64,000 bases of DNA from Nannocystis bainbridge (GCF_028368995.1 NZ_JAQNDL010000001.1:1728001-1792000); one strand, 5' to 3'; shown: positions 44,801-56,401, counted from the stretch's first letter. Program-made: numbers and translations. Notes: a model not told the origin generated them from the sequence alone.

Positions 44801-45960
44801 AATGCCAACACCGCCTCGGCGGCCGCGCGGGCGCCCCCCGCAGCGTAATAGCTGTCCGCGATGCGCCGCGCCTGCTGACGCGGCGCACCGTCGCCGCACA
44901 GCGCCGCCAGGTGGCGCCGGACCTCGTCGACATCGGCGCGCGCGAGGTCGCAGGCGACGCCGGCCCCGGCCTCGGCGACGAAGCGGGCGTTGTGCGGCTG
45001 GTCGTTGCAGATCGGCGCAATCAACAGCGGCACGCCGTGGGCCAGCGCCTCCATCACCGAGTTGGCGCCGCCATGGCTGACGAGCGCGCGGGCGCGGCTC
45101 AGCAGCGCCAGCTGCGGCGCGTACGCGACCAGCTGGACATCCGGCGGCGCGGCGAACGTGCGGGCCAGCTCGCCCATCGCCAGCACCAGCTGCCACGGCT
45201 GACCGCGCGAGGCCGCGATCACCACCTCGAACATGCGCGGTTGATGCCAGATCTGGCTGCCGAGCGCCATCAGCACCAGCGGCCGCGGATCGAGCCCTGG
45301 CACCTCGACCTCGTCGCCGCGCGCCGCGATCGGCAGCGATCCGCCCGCGAGCAGCACGTCCGCGACCTCGCGACCGAGCAGCGCGGGCGTCGTCCACGCG
45401 ACATTGAGCCACGGCGAGAGACAATCACTGACGCGGAACCGCGGCACCGGCACACCGTACCCCGCGAACAGCTCGGCCCGCGGCAGCGCCGAGGTCGTGG
45501 CGACCAGCTCGCTGTGCCACGAATCCGGGACCACGGGGTTGAGCGACGTCGACAGCCCCGCCCACGGCAGGTTGGCGCGCGCGGCCACGATCGGCGCCGC
45601 GTAGGCCATCGGGTCGGCGACGATCACATCGGGCCGGAACTCGCCCACCACTCGCGTCAATTGCTCGACCTCGGCCGGCACCGTGTCCACCAGCATCGCG
45701 GCGATCCACGCGCGCAGTCGTTCGGGGTCCGCGACCAGCGCGGCGAACTCCGCCCCGCGATTGGCCTCGGGCGGCGGCGCTCCGCTCGCGCCGACGAACA
45801 CGCGCTCGGGCGCGAACCCGGCCCGCGTCAGCGGCTCGCGCAGGTCGCACGGCGAGTAAAAGCCGACGGTGTGACCGCGCCGCGCCAGCTCCTGCGCCGG
45901 CCCGATGAACGGGTGCACGTGGCCCTTCTCGGCGAGCACGACGAACAGCGCGCGGGTCAT
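44788..45960 (-). CDS. GT1 (MGT/UDP-glucuronosyltransferase-like) glycosyltransferase
   Basis: GHVHP, YAPQLALL, HGGANSVMEALAHGVP, DQPHNA. Confidence 0.92.
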   Translation of the reverse strand: MTRALFVVLAEKGHVHPFIGPAQELARRGHTVGFYSPCDLREPLTRAGFAPERVFVGASGAPPPEANRGAEFAALVADPERLRAWIAAMLVDTVPAEVEQLTRVVGEFRPDVIVADPMAYAAPIVAARANLPWAGLSTSLNPVVPDSWHSELVATTSALPRAELFAGYGVPVPRFRVSDCLSPWLNVAWTTPALLGREVADVLLAGGSLPIAARGDEVEVPGLDPRPLVLMALGSQIWHQPRMFEVVIAASRGQPWQLVLAMGELARTFAAPPDVQLVAYAPQLALLSRARALVSHGGANSVMEALAHGVPLLIAPICNDQPHNARFVAEAGAGVACDLARADVDEVRRHLAALCGDGAPRQQARRIADSYYAAGGARAAAEAVLALCRT

Positions 45961-47702
45961 GGGATCCCGTGATGATGCCCGAAGTGGCACAGGCCGATGA
46001 TGCGAAACAGGGCCGCCCGCTCCCACTCGATCAGCCGCCGCTGCGGCGCCAGCAGCGGCGCCAGTGCGGCCACATCGACCCGCGCTCGCACCAGCTCCGG
46101 CGGGTCCGCCAGCAGCCGCGACGCTTCGCTCTGAAGCACCCCCGCGGCCCCCTGATCCTTCGGCAGCGCCGACTTGCGGCGTGCGCGGATCTCCTCCGGC
46201 ACCACCCCGCGGAGCGCCGCGCGCAGCACCGCCTTCTCGACCCCGCCCGCGAGCCCCGACGCTGGCGGCACCGCGGCCGCCAGCGCCAGCAGCTCGCGAT
46301 CGGCGAACGGCACCCGCGCCTCGAGCCCCGCGCGCATCGTGTGCACGTCGCCGTTGTGCAGCAGCCGCGGCAACCACCGCTCGACGATCAGCGCCGTCGT
46401 GCCCGCGATGCGCTGCGCCGGCGAATCACTCGGTCGCATCCACGCCCGGTAGCGCTCCGTGAACGTCGCCAGCGGATCTGCCAGCACCTCGCGGCGCACC
46501 GGCACCTGGCCGAAGCGGCGCAAGATCGCCGCCGGGCTGGCCGTCGCCGCCGCGTCGAGCAGGAAGTGATAGCCGAAGTGCGTCTCGTCGGCCGCGTCGC
46601 CGACCAGCACCGCCTTGACCGTCCCGGCCGCCGCGCGCGCGAGCCGGTCCTGCGCGACCTCCTGCTCCCACGCCGGCAGCGCGTCGTTGTGCCGGGCGAT
46701 GCGCTCGAGGTCCGCGGCCAGCTCGCTGCGCGGCGCCTGCACCCGCATCAGCGACAGCCCGCTGGCCGCCGCCGCCCGGGTCGCGAACGGAGAATCATCG
46801 GACACGACGATGGTCGAATGATCATAGTCGAACCCGGCCATGCCCTCGAACGCGATCGTATAGGCCGGCGGCGGCTCCGGCAGCGCCGCGGCGGCGAACG
46901 CCGCGATCGCGCTCGAGTCGAGCCCGCCGCTGAGGAACACCCCGATCGGCGCCTCGGCCACGCAGGCCCGCTCGACCGCGCGCTGCAGCGCCGATCGAAG
47001 TGCCTCCGGCGCCGGCGCCTCGCCGTCCGCCGCGACCTCGAAGCGAAAGTAGCGCCGCGCCGTCGCGCCCTCGCGCGAGACCTCGAGCGTGTGGCCCGGC
47101 TGCAGGTATTCGACGCCTTCGAACATCGAAGTCGCCACCCCGCTGAAGCACGGAGCGATCAGGTACTCGAGCACCGCGTCATCGTCCGCGCGCACCGGCG
47201 AATCACGGCAGTGCGCCACCGCGTGCGCCTCCGAGGCGAACACCAGCTCGACCCCGTCCCACGCGTAGGCCAGCGGCTTGACCCCGAGTGGGTCGCGGGC
47301 CAAAAACCCGCAGCGGCGCGCGTGGTCCCACACGAAGAACGCGAACATCCCGTTGAACCGGCGCACGCACGCCGGGCCCCACGCGGCGAAGGCCGCCAGC
47401 ACCGTCTCGGCGTCGCAGCGGGTGCGGAACGGGTACGAGAGCTCCGCGCGCAGCGCGGTATGATCATAGACCTCGCCGTTGAACACGATCGAGAACCGAC
47501 CGTCGGGCGTGGTCATCGGCTGGGCGCCGCCCTCGCGATCGAGCAGCGCCAGCCGGGTGTGCTGAAGCACGCAATACGGGTCGACGAGCTCGCCCTCACC
47601 GTCGGGGCCGCGGTGGCGCAGCCGCTCGCGCATGACCCGGGCGCGAGCCAGCTGCGCCGCCGCCCCGCCGTCGAAGCGCACGATCCCCGCTATGCCGCAC
47701 AC
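45957..47702 (-). CDS. asnB: Asparagine synthase-like amidotransferase (glutamine-hydrolysing)
   Basis: (M)CGIAG N-terminal Cys, HRGPDG, FNGEVY, RDPLGVKPL, LSGGLDSS, LEARVPF. Confidence 0.92.
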   Translation of the reverse strand: MCGIAGIVRFDGGAAAQLARARVMRERLRHRGPDGEGELVDPYCVLQHTRLALLDREGGAQPMTTPDGRFSIVFNGEVYDHTALRAELSYPFRTRCDAETVLAAFAAWGPACVRRFNGMFAFFVWDHARRCGFLARDPLGVKPLAYAWDGVELVFASEAHAVAHCRDSPVRADDDAVLEYLIAPCFSGVATSMFEGVEYLQPGHTLEVSREGATARRYFRFEVAADGEAPAPEALRSALQRAVERACVAEAPIGVFLSGGLDSSAIAAFAAAALPEPPPAYTIAFEGMAGFDYDHSTIVVSDDSPFATRAAAASGLSLMRVQAPRSELAADLERIARHNDALPAWEQEVAQDRLARAAAGTVKAVLVGDAADETHFGYHFLLDAAATASPAAILRRFGQVPVRREVLADPLATFTERYRAWMRPSDSPAQRIAGTTALIVERWLPRLLHNGDVHTMRAGLEARVPFADRELLALAAAVPPASGLAGGVEKAVLRAALRGVVPEEIRARRKSALPKDQGAAGVLQSEASRLLADPPELVRARVDVAALAPLLAPQRRLIEWERAALFRIIGLCHFGHHHGIP

Positions 47703-48639
47703 GACACGATCAACCCGGGAAAGCGCCGCGACAGCAGCGCGAGCGTGGTCCAGCCGACGCGCCCGCGATCGCTCGAGAGGTCGGGCTCGCGGCCGAGCGC
47801 CTGCGCCAGGGCGGCGACCCGCGGGCCGTCCCACAGCGGCGACAGATCGATCGGCGGGGCGAAGCGCGGCTGCTTGGGCCGGCGCGCGATCGCCTCGGGG
47901 ACCCCGAGTTCGACCGCCAGGCGCCGCAGCGCGTGCTTGTGCGGATCCTCGGCGACGTGGCGCGCGACCGCCTCGGCGAGGAACGGCGCGCCCGGCTCGA
48001 GCCCGGCCGCGCGAGCCAGGGCGCCGACGATCGGCAGGTAATCGGCGCCCGAGGTGCCGCGGAACACCTCGTCGGCGCCGTCGCCGGTGACGAGCACGTC
48101 GTGGCCGTCGGCGCGCACGGCCCGCGCCAGCAGCCACCGACTGACCGGGTGCAGGTTGTAGAGCGGAGCCTCGCAGGCCGCGATCACCTGCGGCAGCGCC
48201 TCCACGTAATCCGCCGCGGTCACACGAATCACCCGCAAGGGCAGCCCCAGGGCCCCGGCGACCGCGCGCGCCTCGGCCTCCTCGCTGTATCCGGGCAGCT
48301 CGGGCGCCAATGTGTAGACCGTCGCACGCGCCCCGAGCAGGCCCGCGAGCGCGGCCGAGTCGACGCCGCCGCTCAGCGCCAGCGCGACCCGCCCCGCCGG
48401 CAACGCATCGAGGGCGCCAGCGAGCAGCGAATGCAGCGATCCGGGCGGGCCGCGGTGATGCACCCCGCGCAGCCACGGCGGCAGCACCAGGCGCGCGCCG
48501 GCGATGCAGGTCGAGCCGTCGGCCGTGACCTCGCCGAACGCCGCTCGCACGCCGTGCGCATCGAGGCTCACCGCGGCGCCGCCGACCAGGCCGACCAGCG
48601 ACGCTCCCCGCCGGCCCCGCCATTCATAGCAGTGCGCCG

Positions 48640-48643
<4 letters not shown>
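47690..48643 (-). CDS. Stand-alone asparagine-synthase C-terminal (adenylation) domain protein
   Basis: LALSGGVDS, TGDGADEVF; no glutaminase domain. Confidence 0.85.
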
Positions 48644-49860
<1,217 letters not shown>

Positions 49861-49996
49861 CCCGGGCAGGGTAGCCGGCCGGCCCGCCCCCGCTCAAGGC
49901 CAGCCGCGCCGCGCGGTTCCGCCGCCCGCGACTTCGACGCGCGAGCGTCGCCCGCACGACCTCCCCATTCGTGCGACCCGGGCCAATGACGGGACT

Positions 49997-52666
49997 TCAG
50001 CGCCTTCGCCCCGCGACCTCGGCGACCAGCTCCATCAGCGCCTGGGCGTCGATCGGCTTGCCGATGTGGGCCTGGAACCCGGCCTGCAGCGCCGAGACCC
50101 GGTCCAGCTCGCGCGTGTAGGCCGTGAGCGCGATCGCAGGCAGCGCCCCGCCCTGCTCGCGGGGCCGCGCTCGCAGCGTGCGCATCAGCTGCAGCCCGTC
50201 CTGCTCCGGCATGCCGATGTCCGAGATCATCACCGCGAACCCGCCCGCGGCGGCCGCGGCCAGCGCAGCGGAGGCGGAGGCCACCGCCGTCACCGTCGCG
50301 CCGCCGAGCTCGAGCACCCGCTGCAGCAGCTCGCGCGAGTCGGCCTCGTCCTCGACCAGCAGGCAGCGCAGGCCGGCCAGCGGGCGCGGCGGAGCGGTCT
50401 TCTCGACCTGCGGCAGCGCCTCGCGCGAGCCGGCCGTGGCCAGCGGGAGCTGGACCGTGAACGTCGCCCCGCGCCCCTCGCCCTCGCTCTGGCCGTGGAC
50501 CTGGCCGCCGTGCAGCTCGACCAGCTTGCGCACGATCGCCAGCCCGAGCCCGAGGCCTTGCGAGCGCCGGTTCATGCCCGCGTCGGCCTGGCGGAACGCG
50601 TCGAACAGGAACGGCACGAACGCCGGCGCGAGGCCCTGGCCGGTGTCGCGGACCGTGACCACCGCGTCGTCGCCGACGCGTCGCAGGTCGACGTGGATCG
50701 TCCCGCCCTTGGGCGTGAACTTCACGGCGTTGGTGACCAGGTTGCCGGCGATCTGGCGCAGCCGCGTCTCGTCGCCGAGCACCGGCAGCGGCGCGTCGGC
50801 GAACGTGCGCACGAGCTGCAGCTCCTTGGCGCGGATCGCCAGCGCGGCGGTCTCCAGCGCCGCCCCCACCGCGGCCCGCAGGTCGAGCTCGGCGACCTCG
50901 AGCGTCAGCTTGCCGCTGGCCATGCGCGACACGTCGAGCAGGTCGTCGACGATCTGGGTCTGCAGCTGGGCGTTGCGGGCGATGACCTCGATCACGTGCG
51001 GCACCTGCACCGCCGGCACGAACCCCTCCTGCATCATCTGCGCCCAGCCCGAGATCACGTTGAGCGGCGCCCGCAGCTCGTGGCTGACCGTGGCGATGAA
51101 GTTGTCCTTGGCGCGGTCGGTGTCGAGCAGCCGTTGATTGAGGGTCCGCAGCTCCGAGGCCCGCTGGCGCACCCCACCGAGCAGCACCCGGCGCAGGCTC
51201 GACGCGGCCTCGATGTGCGCCGCCTGCCACGGCAAGCTGCGCCCGCGGACCGTCTCGCGCCACAGCGCGAACGAGCCGCGCGGGCTCAGCCGCGGCGGCC
51301 CGTCGCCGCTCGCCCCGACCGCGGTCTTCGCCGGGCCGCCGGCCCAATCGATGGTCTGCTCGGTCGAGGGGCGGAACCACAGGATGTACTCGCCCAGCGC
51401 CCGCGACACGGCGACTGCCAACAACCCCGCCGGCTGGCCGGCGAATCCGACCGAGCCCGGGAACCGCACCGCCAGCCGATCGGTGACGACCACGTCGTCG
51501 CTCGCCGTGCGCAGCCACGCCACCAGCGCCGCGACCTCGTCCGCGCCCGGGCACTCGCCGACGCAGCGGAAGCCCTCCTCGAGCACCACCGCCGCCCCGG
51601 TCGCCCCGACCAGCTCGAGCAGCGCCGGCGTGCCCAGCCCGTCGAGCATCTCCGCGTGCGTCACCACCGACTGCACGATCGCCGCCTCCTGGACCTGGGC
51701 GCGCCGCGCCTGCTCGGCCTCGTCGGCGCGCTCCAGCACGCTCAATTGCCACGACAGCGCCTGGGCCAGGAATTCGGCGGTCTCGCGGATCTGGAATGGC
51801 ACCACCCGCGGCCCGCTGTAATGATGGCAGGCGATCAGCCCCGCCAGCGCGCCGTCGACCAGCAGCGAGATCGACATCGACGCCGTCACGCCCATGTTGC
51901 GCAGGTACTCGATGTGGATCGGCGACACGCTGCGCAGCACGCCGTGGCTGAGGTCGAGCGGCGCCCCGCTCGCCGGGTCGAGCGGCGGCAGCAGCGGCAC
52001 CGGTCGGTAGTCGACGTCGCCGATCAGCCGCAGCCAGTTGATGGTGTAGAGCCGGCGCGCCTGCGCGGGGATGTCGGAGGCCGGATAGTGCTGCCCGAGG
52101 AACGGCTCGAGGTCGGCGCGCCGGTCCTCGGCCACGACCTCGCCGTTCCACTCGGGGTCGAAGCGATAGACCATCACGCGGTCGAAGCCGGTGATCGCCC
52201 GGACCTCGGCGGCGGCGATCGAAGTCAGCGCGGCGACATCGCGCGCCGCCTGCAGGCGCAGCACGCTGGCGCGCAGCCGCGGATCGAAGGCCGGGGCCGG
52301 GGCGGCGGCCCCAGGGGCGCTCGCGCGCGGCTCGAGCTCGACGACGAGGACGTCGCCCACGCGGTGGAGCACGGCCTCGAAGCTGCGACCGGAGCGCGCC
52401 GTCAGCGGCAGCGGGTTGTGCTCGCGCAGCGCCTCCGAGGCGGCCGCGGCCCGCAGACGGTCCGCGCTGCCCGGCTCGAACAGCGCCAGCGCCGAGGCCC
52501 CGCGCGCCGCCTGGGCCGTCACCGCGAGGTGCTCGCCGACGTTGGCGCTGACCTGCTGGACCACCAGCTCCGCGCCGCGGCAGGCCAGCAGCACGCCGTG
52601 CGGCTGAATCGCCCCCGGGATGTGGATCGGCTCGCTAGCGCAGGTGTCGAGGGTGACCGGCTCCAT
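49997..52666 (-). CDS. bphP: Bacteriophytochrome hybrid histidine kinase (PAS-GAF-PHY-HK-REC)
   Basis: N-terminal bilin-binding Cys in TCASEPIHIPGAIQPHG; PASDIP, SPIH, PRGSF, SHELRAPL, ISDIGMP. Confidence 0.96.
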   Translation of the reverse strand: MEPVTLDTCASEPIHIPGAIQPHGVLLACRGAELVVQQVSANVGEHLAVTAQAARGASALALFEPGSADRLRAAAASEALREHNPLPLTARSGRSFEAVLHRVGDVLVVELEPRASAPGAAAPAPAFDPRLRASVLRLQAARDVAALTSIAAAEVRAITGFDRVMVYRFDPEWNGEVVAEDRRADLEPFLGQHYPASDIPAQARRLYTINWLRLIGDVDYRPVPLLPPLDPASGAPLDLSHGVLRSVSPIHIEYLRNMGVTASMSISLLVDGALAGLIACHHYSGPRVVPFQIRETAEFLAQALSWQLSVLERADEAEQARRAQVQEAAIVQSVVTHAEMLDGLGTPALLELVGATGAAVVLEEGFRCVGECPGADEVAALVAWLRTASDDVVVTDRLAVRFPGSVGFAGQPAGLLAVAVSRALGEYILWFRPSTEQTIDWAGGPAKTAVGASGDGPPRLSPRGSFALWRETVRGRSLPWQAAHIEAASSLRRVLLGGVRQRASELRTLNQRLLDTDRAKDNFIATVSHELRAPLNVISGWAQMMQEGFVPAVQVPHVIEVIARNAQLQTQIVDDLLDVSRMASGKLTLEVAELDLRAAVGAALETAALAIRAKELQLVRTFADAPLPVLGDETRLRQIAGNLVTNAVKFTPKGGTIHVDLRRVGDDAVVTVRDTGQGLAPAFVPFLFDAFRQADAGMNRRSQGLGLGLAIVRKLVELHGGQVHGQSEGEGRGATFTVQLPLATAGSREALPQVEKTAPPRPLAGLRCLLVEDEADSRELLQRVLELGGATVTAVASASAALAAAAAGGFAVMISDIGMPEQDGLQLMRTLRARPREQGGALPAIALTAYTRELDRVSALQAGFQAHIGKPIDAQALMELVAEVAGRRR

Positions 52667-52673
52667 GCGCGCG

Positions 52674-53234
52674 CTAGCGTATCGCTCCCGCTGCCGTGAA
52701 TGCAGCGGTAAAGCGCGCGAACGCGGCGGCGGCAGCGCGGCACACGGCCACGACTTGCGCTTCGCTCAGCGCCTCGTCGTGCTCCGCGAGCCCGACGAGG
52801 AAGGCCTTCCAGGCCGCCGCGGTGCCCTCGCCGCGCAACCGCAAGTATCGCGTGGGCGCCGCCGGCCCGAGCGCGGCCTCCACCTCGCGCGCCAGCACCA
52901 TCCCGCCGAGCGTCGAGCCGGCGAGCACGTAGCTCCAACCGAGAGCCTGCTCGCGGGTGGCGTCGATCGGCGCCGCGTCGTCTTCGGCCCCCGCGACAGC
53001 ACCGAGCGCGGCGAGGTCGGCGAGCAGGCACTCGCGCCGCGTCGGCTCGCCCGGCGCCGGGAACCACGCCAGCATCGCCGCCTCGAGCGGCGCCACCGCG
53101 GCCAGGCTGCCGCGCAGGAACGCGACGTAGCGATCGCGGGTGATCGCGCTGGCCGACATGGCCAGGGCAGCGTCGAGCTGCCGGTGATGTTCGTGCGTCT
53201 CGCTGCGCAGCGCGGTCAGGAGTCGTCCGGGCAA
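52674..53234 (-). CDS. bphO: Biliverdin-producing heme oxygenase
   Basis: LRSETHEHHRQLD, YVLAGSTLGG; directly upstream of bphP. Confidence 0.85.
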   Translation of the reverse strand: MPGRLLTALRSETHEHHRQLDAALAMSASAITRDRYVAFLRGSLAAVAPLEAAMLAWFPAPGEPTRRECLLADLAALGAVAGAEDDAAPIDATREQALGWSYVLAGSTLGGMVLAREVEAALGPAAPTRYLRLRGEGTAAAWKAFLVGLAEHDEALSEAQVVAVCRAAAAAFARFTAAFTAAGAIR

Positions 53235-53440
53235 GCGCTATCACCCTACCACGACCGATCCGTCGGCCATCGATCGCCGATCGCCGACCTCGCGCGGTTT
53301 CACACGCCTCCACCACGCAGCAGCGACGTCGCCCTTTCACGCGCGCCGCCTCGTGACCCGCGCGCCGCGAAGCCGCCGACCGTCTCTGATAGAGTGGCTC
53401 TCTGCGCCCGCGTGAGCGCGCCGCCGAGGACCGCCGCAGC

Positions 53441-54463
53441 ATGCCCGACGCCGCACGAATTGGTGATATGCACGCCTGCCCCAAGGTCGAGCCCGGGCCC
53501 GTCCCGCACGTCGGCGGACCGATCCTCAGCGGCAGCGCCAACGTCATCATCGGCTACTCGCCGGCCGCCCGGGTCGGCGACAGCATCGTCTGCTTCCCCG
53601 TCGGTCCGGCCGACAGCGTCCAGGACGGCTCGCCGACGGTGCTCATCAATTTCCGCGACGCCGCGCGCAAGACCGACCCCTCGTCCCACGGCGGCCAGGT
53701 CACCGCCGGCTGTCCCACGGTCATCATCGGTGGTTCACCGCAGAGCATGGCCATGTTCACCGCGGCTCGCCGCGCCACCCCGTTCTGTGAGGAGTGCGAG
53801 CGGCGGCGGCGCGAGATGGACGACCGCGACGACTCGGCCGAGATCGAGACCGACACCGTCACCCTCGTCGACGACGAGCCCCCGGTCGGCGCGCTCCTCG
53901 GCGCTGCCCTGTCCGCCGCCGACGGCTTCACCCCGCAGGAGCTCGCCGTTCAGCCCGATCAGGCCGACGGCCTCGACGACCTGCGCCGGTCCGCCCGCTA
54001 CGCCGTCGCCTATCAGTTCTACGCCGCGCACGGCGGCGACAAGCTCAAGCCGAGCCGGATCTGGTCGCACATCGGCGGCATCGACATCTCGCAGCCCGTC
54101 GAGGTCGTCGACATCGCCGGTCGCACCCTCTACCAGCGCGGGGTCCCCGGCGCCGGCACCGGCCAGTACTTCGCGCTCGACCCCGCCGTCGCGCCCGAGC
54201 AGCTCGGCGTCTCGGAGCAGGTCTACCCGCTCGTCGACGGTGAGCCCACCCCGCCACCTGTCCCACGGGACAGGCGCGTGATCGCCTTCGACGACGAGGT
54301 CCCCGCGCTCGGCCTCAAGAGCACCGCCGCCGCGATCACCGACACCTGGTCGATGCCGCCGACGATCGACGACCCCGGCCAGATCGTCCCCTGCGACGGG
54401 GGCGGCACCCAGCTCATGGTCCCCAAGGTCTTCCACGCCGGCGCCAGCCTGGTGCTCCCGTAG
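53441..54463 (+). CDS. PAAR protein with C-terminal Ntox46/Tse6-like toxin domain (putative NAD(P)+ glycohydrolase)
   Basis: DAARIGD, PAARVGD, DAARKTD, PFCEEC; toxin motifs GIDISQPVEV, LYQ, KSTAAAITDTWS, GGGTQL. Confidence 0.8.
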   Translation: MPDAARIGDMHACPKVEPGPVPHVGGPILSGSANVIIGYSPAARVGDSIVCFPVGPADSVQDGSPTVLINFRDAARKTDPSSHGGQVTAGCPTVIIGGSPQSMAMFTAARRATPFCEECERRRREMDDRDDSAEIETDTVTLVDDEPPVGALLGAALSAADGFTPQELAVQPDQADGLDDLRRSARYAVAYQFYAAHGGDKLKPSRIWSHIGGIDISQPVEVVDIAGRTLYQRGVPGAGTGQYFALDPAVAPEQLGVSEQVYPLVDGEPTPPPVPRDRRVIAFDDEVPALGLKSTAAAITDTWSMPPTIDDPGQIVPCDGGGTQLMVPKVFHAGASLVLP

Positions 54464-54473
54464 GATCCTCGCC

Positions 54474-55589
54474 ATGGCCGACACGATGCGGATCCTGTCG
54501 CGCGACGCCTTCGCCGAGGTATTGCGCGAGGCCCAGCAGCGCGCCCGCGAGCTCGACCCCTCGCGCTGGCCGCTGCTGCGCCAGGTCGACGCGCAGCTCG
54601 AGTTCATGGCCCGCACCACCGCCGACGGCCGCGTGCCGTACCCCGAGGAGCGCGCGCGCACGACCGTCGGCCCGCTCGCCGCGCGGGAGCTCGAGTCGAT
54701 CGACCCCGAGTTCGCCGACCAGCTCGAGGAGCTCGACTACACCTTCCACCGCTACCCGCTGCTGCCGAAGGGCCCGCCGCTGCGGCGCCGCGGCATCTTG
54801 CAGGTGTGGACCGGCCGCGACGCGTTCCGCAAGTTGATCCTCGAGCACGGCGAGCCGCGCACCGTCGGCACCGCGCGCGCCGATTTCGTGGTCCACGCCG
54901 ACGCCGCCGGCTCGCCGCAATTCCAGATCGTGTGGGACGGCGTCTGCGCCCACGTGCGGGCCCACGACCCGCACCAGCTCACGATCGACGGCGCGCCCGG
55001 GTGGTACGGCGAGCTGGCCAACCGCGGGTGGGTCAAGGCCGGCGCCACCACCTTCCGCTTCCTCGTCGAGGACCGCACCCCGCCGCGCTCGCCCGCCGCG
55101 CCCACGCCCGCCAGCGCCGCCGCGCTCGAACAGCTGCGCCGCCGTCGCGACGCCGGCGACCTCTACGCCGTCATCGACGCCGCTCGCTCCGACCGCGCCC
55201 TCGTGCTGCTCGACGAGAGCGTCGACCCCCACGCCTCGCTCTACGACGGCGAACCGGGCCGCGCCCTCGACGACGTCGCCCCCTACCTCGTCCAGTTCCG
55301 CCGCGACTCCGGCCTGCTCGATCGCCTCGTCACCGAGGGCTGGGGCGACGCCTGGGGCATCTTCCTCGAGAGCAGCGCCGAGTTCGAGGCCGTGCGCCGC
55401 CACCTGCGCCAGTTCCTGGTCGTCAAGGGCGAGGGTCAGTCACGCCGCTTGTTCTTCCGCTTCTACGACCCGAGAGTCATGCGCACCACCGCCGAGGTCC
55501 TCACCGCCGAGCAGCGCGCCGAGCTGCTGCAGGACCTCGGCTGCATCCTCTACGAGGACGAAGACGGCGGCCTCCGCGAGCTGCGCTGA
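54474..55589 (+). CDS. Tsi6-like immunity - FHA-like - DUF4123 fusion protein
   Basis: N-terminal QVDAQLEFM..TVGPLAARELESIDPEFADQL; middle RTVGT..ADFVV; C-terminal LYAVIDAAR, SLYDG, VAPYLV, FFRFYDPRV. Confidence 0.75.
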   Translation: MADTMRILSRDAFAEVLREAQQRARELDPSRWPLLRQVDAQLEFMARTTADGRVPYPEERARTTVGPLAARELESIDPEFADQLEELDYTFHRYPLLPKGPPLRRRGILQVWTGRDAFRKLILEHGEPRTVGTARADFVVHADAAGSPQFQIVWDGVCAHVRAHDPHQLTIDGAPGWYGELANRGWVKAGATTFRFLVEDRTPPRSPAAPTPASAAALEQLRRRRDAGDLYAVIDAARSDRALVLLDESVDPHASLYDGEPGRALDDVAPYLVQFRRDSGLLDRLVTEGWGDAWGIFLESSAEFEAVRRHLRQFLVVKGEGQSRRLFFRFYDPRVMRTTAEVLTAEQRAELLQDLGCILYEDEDGGLRELR

Positions 55590-55598
55590 CCGCCGCGC

Positions 55599-56399
55599 TC
55601 ACTTCGGGCGGTTGGTGCACTCGGCCACCTTGAACACGACCTTGGTCGTGTTGAAGTGCGTCTTCCGGCTCTCTCTCGAATCGGTGTAGTAGTTGACGAC
55701 GTCGGTGATAGCGTCGACGTGCGCGCCGGTGTCGCCGAGGTCGGACTTCTCGTTGAGCTTCTTCCAGCGCCAGTACGCCATCGCCGACAGCATCCCGCCC
55801 TTTGGCTCGAGCGTCTGCTCGACGTTCGCCACGATGTCGAGCCCGTTGCCGGGGTAGCGGGCGTTCATCTGGTTCTGCACGTTCTGATAGATCTCCTTGC
55901 CCGTGATCTGGATGTACCCGCGCCCGCGGTACAGCCAGCCCTCCCCGCTCTCGATGCTGCCGTTGCCGTTGCGCTTGCCGTAGGCCCGGTTGGCGATCGC
56001 CTCCTGGTCGGCGGGGTGATCGTCGTTCCTGCCGTACAGCGCCGCCTCCGCCGGGTTGTCGCGGAAGTAATTGAACTTCTCCTTCAGCACCGACTCCTTG
56101 TAGTTCAGGTTCTCCGTCAGCGCGTTGATCGACGCCCCGACCTCTTGCCGGATCTGGGCGAAGAAGTGGGCCTTGCGCAGGCAGCGGTTGAGCTCGAACT
56201 TCTCGAACGCGCTGTTGAAGGCGTCCATCACCGCGGTGATCTTGGCCGACGAGGCGCTGGGGAAGATCGCCGTCATCTGCTCCTGCGTCACCTTCGCGCA
56301 GCAGCGCGGGCAATCGCCCACGCACGCGCCGACCGGCGAGTTGACCGGGCTCGCGCCGGACCCCGTGTTGAGATCGCTAAGTCCCTGCCGGTGCGCCAT
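55599..56399 (-). CDS. Glycoside hydrolase family 19 (lysozyme-like), putative T6SS effector
   Basis: AHFFAQIRQE, ENLNY, IANRAYG, YRGRGYIQITGK; no signal peptide; in the vgrG operon. Confidence 0.85.
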   Translation of the reverse strand: MAHRQGLSDLNTGSGASPVNSPVGACVGDCPRCCAKVTQEQMTAIFPSASSAKITAVMDAFNSAFEKFELNRCLRKAHFFAQIRQEVGASINALTENLNYKESVLKEKFNYFRDNPAEAALYGRNDDHPADQEAIANRAYGKRNGNGSIESGEGWLYRGRGYIQITGKEIYQNVQNQMNARYPGNGLDIVANVEQTLEPKGGMLSAMAYWRWKKLNEKSDLGDTGAHVDAITDVVNYYTDSRESRKTHFNTTKVVFKVAECTNRPK

Positions 56400-56401
56400 G
56401 C

